From: a virus | DNA: 64,000 nucleotides | IMG/VR virus record: IMGVR_UViG_3300032132_000754 | Coordinates: 121,178-185,177 of that record | Reading direction: 5' to 3' (one strand) | The notes under the pieces: model-generated | Told to the model about the DNA's origin: nothing | What the model saw: the letters and a program-made list of their open reading frames with translations, nothing else | Databases searched by the model: none | Shown here: in pieces, positions 58,184 through 64,000 of the stretch | Layout of the letters: each line of letters starts with the position of its first letter | Position numbering within the stretch: the first letter of the stretch is position 1 | Program-made: the position numbers and the translations under genes

Positions 58184-58295
58184 TTAAACGCGATACCCTT
58201 CGGAATAGGGGTGATGAACGCGATTTACACGTCGCATGTTACCGCGCGAAGCGCCTTTCGGGTACCCCCCTCTACCCCTCTCATGATGAACGCGA
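58184..58295. repeat. Non-coding element with three AACGCGA cores (two TGATGAACGCGA)
   Basis: TTAAACGCGATACC 58184, TGATGAACGCGA 58212 and 58284. Confidence 0.6.
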
Positions 58296-58300
58296 GCGAA

Positions 58301-58597
58301 TCAGAGACCATGAACTTTAAAAGCACTAACTAACATCCACTTTAACTTATCGAAAAACAAAGGATCCACCATATTAAGACCATAGAACTTACCATCAATC
58401 TCAACACTAGACCCAAACCTGACCTTACTATCCTCATAAACCACCAGCTTAATATTGAAAGCTAAATTATCAAAATCAACAGGCCGTTTAGGTCTGACCG
58501 CCACCATATCAGTATCACCATAAGACGGCGTCTTAACCACCCACGCAGACCAACCCTGCTCCTCACACCACTGAATTAAAACATCGGAGGCCGTCAT
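58301..58597 (-). CDS. DP-motif paralog family member
   Basis: DVLIQWCEEQGW; LNMVDPLFFDKL. Confidence 0.7.
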   Translation of the reverse strand: MTASDVLIQWCEEQGWSAWVVKTPSYGDTDMVAVRPKRPVDFDNLAFNIKLVVYEDSKVRFGSSVEIDGKFYGLNMVDPLFFDKLKWMLVSAFKVHGL

Positions 58598-58890
58598 TCC
58601 TTACCCAAATCCGCCAATGTCATGGGACCCAGTTTAATAATCGTGTAGAGCCTGTCGAAAAACTCAGGGCTATGTATATCCATAGGTAGGTAGCCGCCTT
58701 TAACCCGGCCATCAAATATCCACCCGACGAAAATCGTCGTGGACGGCCAAGACTTACCACCGAGAGTAATCACGAAGCGGCTCCCAGGGTGTGCTGGAGC
58801 TTCAAAAAACATAGTATCGACGCCTAGCTCCAAACAAGGCTCCCAACCCATCCCTTTAAACCACTCCCCAATCAGATCAAGGGGACCCAT
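58594..58890 (-). CDS. DP-motif paralog family member
   Basis: Start MGPL; DLIGEWFKGMGW; MDIHSPEFFDRL. Confidence 0.7.
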   Translation of the reverse strand: MGPLDLIGEWFKGMGWEPCLELGVDTMFFEAPAHPGSRFVITLGGKSWPSTTIFVGWIFDGRVKGGYLPMDIHSPEFFDRLYTIIKLGPMTLADLGKE

Positions 58891-59176
58891 AAATGCCACG
58901 CTTATCCAACACAACCTTCAACTTATCAAAAGAATCAGGATCAGCCAAATCAATCTCATCAACAAAACCAATACTCAACGAACCATTCTTCATAGCAGGA
59001 GTATAAAGAATCTTAGTCCCCTCAATAGCAACTACAATATTCCGACCCTTAACAAAACCGGTGATTAACCACGTCTGATTCTGGACCTCCTCACCAGGCC
59101 CAAAATCCATAAACTTCAAACCATTCTCAACGCACCAAAAACGCAAAATATCAATTGTACGCAAGGAAGATCCCAT
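58877..59176 (-). CDS. DP-motif paralog family member
   Basis: DILRFWCVENGL; IDLADPDSFDKL. Confidence 0.7.
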   Translation of the reverse strand: MGSSLRTIDILRFWCVENGLKFMDFGPGEEVQNQTWLITGFVKGRNIVVAIEGTKILYTPAMKNGSLSIGFVDEIDLADPDSFDKLKVVLDKRGIYGSP

Positions 59177-59441
59177 TTAAAAACTGCCCTAACTTATTAA
59201 AACACTCAGGATCTGTCAGATACAGACAATCCACAGGCGTATTGCGATGATGAACTTCAACCCTAGTAGGATTACCAGGCCCACCCATACACAAAATCAC
59301 AGTCTGAAAATCATTGCTATGATTCCCATGCGTCTTAACCTCAATTCTACTAGGTCTAGAAGCCGGTCTAAAACGCCTCTGCATATGGCACTTCCAGCCA
59401 TTCTCACGCAACCACTCCAACATTAACTCATGTACTTCCAT
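59151..59441 (-). CDS. DP-motif paralog family member
   Basis: ELMLEWLRENGW; LYLTDPECFNKL. Confidence 0.7.
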   Translation of the reverse strand: MEVHELMLEWLRENGWKCHMQRRFRPASRPSRIEVKTHGNHSNDFQTVILCMGGPGNPTRVEVHHRNTPVDCLYLTDPECFNKLGQFLNGIFLAYN

Positions 59442-59724
59442 CTAACAATCTCTTCAAAGCCACCTCTAGCTTAACAAAAAACTCCGGATCATAAACATTA
59501 AAATAATCCCACTTACGAAAACGCTTATCAATCTCATCAACCATAGTATCTTCCCTATTCGTAGCAGGAAGCTTAACCCTAGTCCTAAAAATACCAACTA
59601 CAGTATTATACCTAGAATTTTCCCTCTTAACACTAATCCCATACCACGCAATGCCGCCATCGATCTCATAAAGAGTCCAACCACGCTCCTCACACCACTC
59701 ATGCAGCAGACAGACTAAATCCAT
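59428..59724 (-). CDS. DP-motif paralog family member
   Basis: LLHEWCEERGW; FNVYDPEFFVKL. Confidence 0.7.
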   Translation of the reverse strand: MDLVCLLHEWCEERGWTLYEIDGGIAWYGISVKRENSRYNTVVGIFRTRVKLPATNREDTMVDEIDKRFRKWDYFNVYDPEFFVKLEVALKRLLDGST

Positions 59725-59968
59725 AATTCAACAACGCCATCCTCAAATCATTAAAACACTTAGGGTCAGTAGCTTGAAATCTATGGCTGCGAACGTTTCC
59801 TTGACCCCACAACACTATTTCGTCCTTATAAACAGAAATAGCAACTCTATGCATGTCACAATGAAACTCCCCAGGGCGATGCTCCCCAGGGCCATCATCA
59901 AGTTCGTAGAAATGTTCATCCCAATCTTGCTCAATCAACCACTCTTTAAACAAATCATTTAAAGTCAT
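59699..59968 (-). CDS. DP-motif paralog family member
   Basis: DLFKEWLIEQDW; FQATDPKCFNDL. Confidence 0.7.
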   Translation of the reverse strand: MTLNDLFKEWLIEQDWDEHFYELDDGPGEHRPGEFHCDMHRVAISVYKDEIVLWGQGNVRSHRFQATDPKCFNDLRMALLNYGFSLSAA

Positions 59969-60270
59969 CCACGGCCCAAGTATACCTCAAGGTCATTAAA
60001 AAACGTAGGACTAGCCATATCAAACTCATGGCCATCCACAGTAGCCTTAGACCCCATAATAAAAATCCTATGCGCCAAAGCCGCCTCTAAACACAACCCC
60101 ATCTGCTCCAAAATATTACCATTAGGATCAGCGTCAACCTTAGTTATCCTATCATAATTAAAAGTAATACGATGCATCAACCCCAGACCGAAACTAATAG
60201 ACTCCCTATGAATCTGAACGGGTTCATACTTATCCTTAATCCAATCATATAAAATATCAGCCCCGTTCAC
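59965..60270 (-). CDS. DP-motif paralog family member
   Basis: Likely GTG start 60270; DILYDWIKD; FDMASPTFFNDL. Confidence 0.68.
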   Translation of the reverse strand: MNGADILYDWIKDKYEPVQIHRESISFGLGLMHRITFNYDRITKVDADPNGNILEQMGLCLEAALAHRIFIMGSKATVDGHEFDMASPTFFNDLEVYLGRG

Positions 60271-60595
60271 CCAACACCCGCTTAAGTAACCCATCAAGTT
60301 CAATAAAGAACCCAGGGTCCGTCAAGTTCAACACCTTAGACTTATGGTCGACAATATTCAGATTTAAATCCAAATCATACGTCTTAACCCTACGCGCCTT
60401 ATGGCCAATCTCCCACGTCACCAAAACAGAAGTAGGACTATTCTTACCAGCCTTAATAGTCACCTTAACCTTAGGGAAACCCCACCCCAAATTCTTAACA
60501 GTAATAAAACGATACCGACCCGGCTCAACAGGCGGCAAATGATGCTTCCACCCATTCTCCACCAACCACTCAGCTATCAAATTAATGCCAGTCAT
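60257..60595 (-). CDS. DP-motif paralog family member
   Basis: NLIAEWLVENGW; LNLTDPGFFIEL. Confidence 0.7.
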   Translation of the reverse strand: MTGINLIAEWLVENGWKHHLPPVEPGRYRFITVKNLGWGFPKVKVTIKAGKNSPTSVLVTWEIGHKARRVKTYDLDLNLNIVDHKSKVLNLTDPGFFIELDGLLKRVLGERG

Positions 60596-60969
60596 AAAGC
60601 GCCTTTATCATAACTATAAATCTGATTCTTAAGAATGACATCCCACTCATACCGAATACGTTCCCCAAGCTTATCAAAAAAATGCGGTTCCGCCAAATTC
60701 CAGATAACCGGGATTTTCGTCTTAATTAAAACATCCAACGGCACTAATTTAGAACCATCATTAGAATCAAGCAACGGGTCCTCCCCAGTACCAAAAACCA
60801 CCAACCTAACCTGCTTACGACCAGAAGTTAACAACCCCTCAACAGACTTATCCCAAATTTCAATCCACATACCATGAGAACTAATATAGCTCTTATCCAT
60901 ACGACGAACCCCGAAACCCTGGTCTTCCGCCCATTGCATAATTAGATCAACTGGGGACATATTAACCAC
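60592..60969 (-). CDS. DP-motif paralog family member
   Basis: DLIMQWAEDQGF; WNLAEPHFFDKL. Confidence 0.7.
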   Translation of the reverse strand: MVNMSPVDLIMQWAEDQGFGVRRMDKSYISSHGMWIEIWDKSVEGLLTSGRKQVRLVVFGTGEDPLLDSNDGSKLVPLDVLIKTKIPVIWNLAEPHFFDKLGERIRYEWDVILKNQIYSYDKGAL

Positions 60970-61225
60970 GCCAAGCCTCCACAGCTAAACCAAGGTCATC
61001 AAAAAACTTAGGGTCATACAAATTACCATTAAATTGAGTGCCATTATAAGCCCTAAAATTACTAAAAACATTTAAAGAAGAATCCGCCACGAAGTAGTAC
61101 TGCATATTCCCCAAATGCAACTCAACCGTATGGGACCCCTCCTTAACTACGTTACCGTCTCCGAAAACCTCACCCAAGTACTGAGCAACACCATCAATCG
61201 CTTCCATCTTTATCCTCCGGAACAC
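60962..61225 (-). CDS. DP-motif paralog family member
   Basis: IDGVAQYLGEVFG; GNLYDPKFFDDL. Confidence 0.68.
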   Translation of the reverse strand: MFRRIKMEAIDGVAQYLGEVFGDGNVVKEGSHTVELHLGNMQYYFVADSSLNVFSNFRAYNGTQFNGNLYDPKFFDDLGLAVEAWRG

Positions 61226-61430
61226 ACTTAGGACACTTACAATCCTTCAACGCCTCAACAACCTCAGCCATATGCTTAGCAACCCCATCAAACAAATCAG
61301 CAATATTCTTAGCCGACTCCTCAGGAGTCCCAACAAGATCAGCAGAAATCAACTTCTTAGCAGGCTTCCTAATTAAAGGCCAGACAAAACTCTTAAATTC
61401 CGGTATATCAGAATCTTTTGGCAAACTCAT
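61194..61430 (-). CDS. Small protein with a major-capsid-like peptide motif
   Basis: FVWPLIRK..KKLISADLVG resembles the gp23-type (L/I)RR..P.LIA.(D/E)(I/L)VGVQP segment. Confidence 0.5.
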   Translation of the reverse strand: MSLPKDSDIPEFKSFVWPLIRKPAKKLISADLVGTPEESAKNIADLFDGVAKHMAEVVEALKDCKCPKCVPEDKDGSD

Positions 61431-61780
61431 ATATTCAACCCTTCCTCAATATGCGCATGGTACCAAGCGCCATTCCTACTCTTTTCCCCCCACACCCAAG
61501 AAAACAATTCATCGAAAAAGTCAGGAGACGTCATCCGCAAATCAATGACAGAACTACCCTGCAAATCATCGCTACGAACCCTAATTCTAACCCAATCCCC
61601 CTGAATATATAAAACCCGATGAGAATCCCCATCCGACTCACACCGCTTTAAAGCAATAACCCAACTAGTAAGCCTAGAACCACCACCAGGCCGAGAATTC
61701 ACAACAAACTTCCCCAACTTCATCTCATGAATCCACTCATGAATAATAGCCTGCGGCGTCAACCTCGCTTCAAGTGTCAT
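61427..61780 (-). CDS. DP-motif paralog family member
   Basis: AIIHEWIHEM; LRMTSPDFFDEL. Confidence 0.68.
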   Translation of the reverse strand: MTLEARLTPQAIIHEWIHEMKLGKFVVNSRPGGGSRLTSWVIALKRCESDGDSHRVLYIQGDWVRIRVRSDDLQGSSVIDLRMTSPDFFDELFSWVWGEKSRNGAWYHAHIEEGLNI

Positions 61781-61789
61781 CCTATCTCC

Positions 61790-62059
61790 CTAATGCTTAA
61801 ATAAACTCTTTGGTGGAGATTTAATTGGCGGCAACGGTTTAGGCCAATTAGGTGGCATCTTCAAATGAGAAAAATCCGGGGGACCCAAACAACTCTCCCC
61901 GCACGACCAACCCTTATAAGTCTTCCTAAACCCATGTTTAGTAATAGCCGCCCAAAAATCATCCTCAACCCCATCCGCCCAATCCTCATCAGCCGCCCGA
62001 ACTGGACCATTGATCCTCTTCGAACACGAGCTACACTTAACCTGTAAAGCATACATCAC
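61790..62059 (-). CDS. Small zinc-ribbon protein
   Basis: CSSC...WSCGESC, Pro-rich tail. Confidence 0.55.
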   Translation of the reverse strand: MMYALQVKCSSCSKRINGPVRAADEDWADGVEDDFWAAITKHGFRKTYKGWSCGESCLGPPDFSHLKMPPNWPKPLPPIKSPPKSLFKH

Positions 62060-62127
62060 TGACTATCCGCGAAAACCATCAGGACAATAAAAACAACGAA
62101 AAGTAGCAGGCAGAAGTCAGCAAACAT
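62056..62127 (-). CDS. Possible 23-aa membrane peptide
   Basis: MFADFCLLLFVVFIVLMVFADSQ, GAGGT upstream, GTGA overlap with the next gene. Confidence 0.4.
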   Translation of the reverse strand: MFADFCLLLFVVFIVLMVFADSQ

Positions 62128-62228
62128 GTGTTTCTCACTACCTCTAAAATACCCCGTGTCGTGAGACGTTAATTATATTTAGAGAAATAACCCAATAAGA
62201 AACATAATATCCATCGTATGTTAAGATA

Positions 62229-62486
62229 ATGGAAACTTGGAAATTGTTAGAAGAATGGGTTTTAGAAAAACGCCCTAAAACCACTTTAATCCATTATAGA
62301 AAGGCTCGCAACAGCGCAGAAGAAAACATTTTAGAGATAGGGAGATACGACGTCGTTATTGACAAAACCGCAGTAAAAATCGCCCTAAGAGTAGACCAAA
62401 ATTTCAGCAAAATAAAATGGGTAAATCTAGATCTCTGCGACCCTGACTTTTTTGCCAAATTCGGCAAAAGCTTAAATGTCCTATAA
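62229..62486 (+). CDS. DP-motif paralog family member
   Basis: KLLEEWVLE; LDLCDPDFFAKF; GTA 13 nt upstream. Confidence 0.7.
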   Translation: METWKLLEEWVLEKRPKTTLIHYRKARNSAEENILEIGRYDVVIDKTAVKIALRVDQNFSKIKWVNLDLCDPDFFAKFGKSLNVL

Positions 62487-62510
62487 CGCGTCTTTCCACG
62501 TAAGAGCACC

Positions 62511-62565
62511 TTAAACGAGATACCTCTCCGGGCCATATTAGAATTTAACTGAGTGATGAACGCGA
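62511..62565. repeat. Second copy of the TTAAACG(A/C)GATACC...GTGATGAACGCGA element
   Basis: Matches 58184..58223 in motif order and orientation. Confidence 0.55.
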
Positions 62566-62684
62566 CCATAGTGTTGGAATGAACCTCGATAGAGAGACTA
62601 GGTCGCTCGGGGACCCACATAGCCCAAATTCTCACATGGCCGTACTCCCCACATAGCCGTCCCGGAGCCCCCGGAGCGGGGGGG

Positions 62685-62713
62685 TTGCGTCTGCGGCCAC
62701 CCGCTGATACAAT
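62685..62713 (+). promoter_or_regulatory. Sigma70-type promoter TTGCGT-N17-TACAAT with extended -10
   Basis: 17-nt spacer, TGn before -10, G-run upstream; duplicated at 63434. Confidence 0.75.
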
Positions 62714-62808
62714 GGGAGCGCCGGAGGGGGGCGCGGGCGCAACGGAGCGCGCGCAACCCACCCGAGGCGCAACCCCAACGGCCACAACCGAGTGGCACGG
62801 AGACCCCG

Positions 62809-63234
62809 ATGTTTGAGAAGCTAAACCTGACCGCAGCCCCGAAGACCTCTCGCGCGACCGCCTTCGCGTTCCCGCTCACGATCGCCTTCGTCCAGACGCT
62901 CACGGACGAGGGCTACCGCCTCTCGTACACGGCCTTGCGCAACGCGGCGCACGACCTGGGCGAGGACGCGAGCAACCAGAAGCCCGCACAGCGCGGAGCC
63001 TTCCTGGCGAAGAAGCTGCCGGGACACCTCCAGCCGAGCGTGTCGCGGAAGAACGGCACGTACCACGAGAAGGTCCTGACGGCCTGGACGGTCGACGTCG
63101 ACCGTGCGGAGCTGGCCACGCGACCGGTCGTCACGAAGGACGACCTCGACGGTTTCCTGAGCGTCTGGCAGGAGGCGACCGAGGCGGAGGCCGAGTGTGG
63201 CGAGGACGAGGACGAGACCGTCAGCGAGGGCTAG
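62809..63234 (+). CDS. High-GC putative early protein, paralog A, acidic tail
   Basis: GGAG SD, strong GC3 bias, clear homology to 63555..63953. Confidence 0.8.
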   Translation: MFEKLNLTAAPKTSRATAFAFPLTIAFVQTLTDEGYRLSYTALRNAAHDLGEDASNQKPAQRGAFLAKKLPGHLQPSVSRKNGTYHEKVLTAWTVDVDRAELATRPVVTKDDLDGFLSVWQEATEAEAECGEDEDETVSEG

Positions 63235-63246
63235 CCAGCCCGGCGA

Positions 63247-63294
63247 GCGGGGAGCCGGAAGGCTCCCCGCGAGCCACTCCCGCAAGGGGGTGGC
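63247..63294 (+). terminator. Two tandem GC-rich GNRA-tetraloop hairpins
   Basis: GCGGGGAGCC-GGAA-GGCTCCCCGC and GCCACTCCC-GCAA-GGGGGTGGC just after the stop; no U tract. Confidence 0.6.
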
Positions 63295-63433
63295 AAAGCC
63301 ACATAGCCGACCCACATAGCCGACGGGGAAACCACATAGCCGGTGCGAGGGGGAGCGGAACGCGGAGGGCGAGAGAGACCTTCCTATCTGAAGAGAACGT
63401 TGAAGAGTAACCACATAGCCGGAGGTGGGGGGG

Positions 63434-63462
63434 TTGCGCGTGCGGCCATGCGCTGTTACAAT
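63434..63462 (+). promoter_or_regulatory. Sigma70-type promoter TTGCGC-N17-TACAAT with extended -10
   Basis: Second copy of the cassette promoter. Confidence 0.75.
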
Positions 63463-63554
63463 GGGGGTTCGGAGGGGGGGCGGACGCCGAGCGGCGCGAG
63501 CGACACCCTTCCGAGCAACCCCGAGTGGGCCGAGTGGCCCGAGGACCGATTACC

Positions 63555-63953
63555 ATGTTCGAAAAGATCAAGCTGACCGCGAAGACGACCGTGAAGACCT
63601 CCGACAAGGCCATGCCGAAGACGATCGCGTTCGTCCAGAAGCTCACCGAGGAGGGCTACCGGATCTCGTACACGGCGCTCCGGAACGCGGCGACGGAGCT
63701 GGGCGAGGACAACTCGCAGCAGAAGGCTCCGCAGAGGGGCGCGTACCTCGCCAACAAGCTGCCCGCCGACCTGCAGCCGAGTGTGACGCGGAAGAACGGC
63801 ACCTACCACGAGAAGGCGATCGCCAAGTGGACGGTGGAGGCTCCCGCCGACCTGGGCAGCCGACCGGTCGTGACGAAGGACTCCTTGGACGCCTTCCTGA
63901 GCGTCTGGCTGGAGGGCACCGCCGAGGCGAGCGACGAGGCGAGCGAGGGCTAG
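63555..63953 (+). CDS. High-GC putative early protein, paralog B, acidic tail
   Basis: GAGGA SD, ATG 63555 (MFEKIKLTA); shares TIAFVQ.LT.EGYR.SYTALRNAA..LGED, LQPSV.RKNGTYHEK. Confidence 0.8.
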   Translation: MFEKIKLTAKTTVKTSDKAMPKTIAFVQKLTEEGYRISYTALRNAATELGEDNSQQKAPQRGAYLANKLPADLQPSVTRKNGTYHEKAIAKWTVEAPADLGSRPVVTKDSLDAFLSVWLEGTAEASDEASEG

Positions 63954-63965
63954 AGAACGGGGGGA

Positions 63966-63987
63966 GCGGGGGCCGAAAGGCCCCCGC
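63966..63987 (+). terminator. GNRA-tetraloop hairpin
   Basis: GCGGGGGCC-GAAA-GGCCCCCGC after the paralog B stop, similar to 63247. Confidence 0.6.
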
Positions 63988-64000
63988 GACCTTCGGCTGA

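Larger units (their letters stand above)
62615..63420 (+). repeat. Dispersed direct repeats CCACATAGCC (6 exact copies)
   Basis: Starts at 62615, 62649, 63299, 63312, 63332, 63411; degenerate TCACATGGCC at 62632. Confidence 0.85.

Noticed and set aside
57887-62486. Diversity-generating retroelement or integron as the source of paralog diversity
   Set aside because: No reverse transcriptase, integrase, TR/VR pair or attC-like repeats visible in this window
62615-63420. CCACATAGCC repeats as a mini-CRISPR
   Set aside because: Only 10 bp, irregular spacing (13 to 650 bp), no cas genes in the window
1-64000. Alternative genetic code (stop-codon reassignment)
   Set aside because: Conserved enzymes are full length in code 11, and TAA, TAG and TGA all terminate genes
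1-64000. Eukaryotic giant virus origin (collagens, P4H-like enzymes, sugar enzymes)
   Set aside because: SD sites, overlapping operons, peptide deformylase, lipoprotein signals and sigma70 promoters indicate a bacterial virus

Overview
The window looks like part of a large tailed (jumbo-type) bacteriophage genome, about 40% GC by eye. It uses the standard bacterial code, is gene-dense, and shows no tRNA, rRNA, CRISPR array or integrase. It carries virion fibre and structural genes (collagen-like, Gly-rich and a 1951-aa modular fibre). Auxiliary enzymes include NucS, adenosine deaminase, Map, Def, Gmd, Fcl, an HAD phosphomannomutase-like protein, a macrodomain, three 2OG-Fe(II)-type oxygenases, ThyA, DHFR, PurB and a Nampt plus NadM-Nudix NAD salvage pair. 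Five features stand out. (1) About 29 small, very divergent proteins share an N-terminal hh-x-EW-h-x-E-x-G helix and a C-terminal [DN]-h-x-[DS]P-x-[FSC]-[FL]-x-x-L motif, including a 10-gene head-to-tail array at 58.3-61.2 kb. (2) Two AT-rich motif classes sit at fixed distances from start codons, suggesting phage-specific leaderless promoters. (3) Four stand-alone genes share an MKL-x-h-h-x(1,2)-E N-terminus resembling a capsid-targeting peptide. (4) At about 62.6 kb the sequence switches abruptly to about 70% GC, with repeated sigma70 promoter-gene-GNRA hairpin cassettes and CCACATAGCC boxes. (5) A strong C-over-G skew and AACGCGA repeats precede that switch. All assignments come from motif recognition by eye; no database searches were run.
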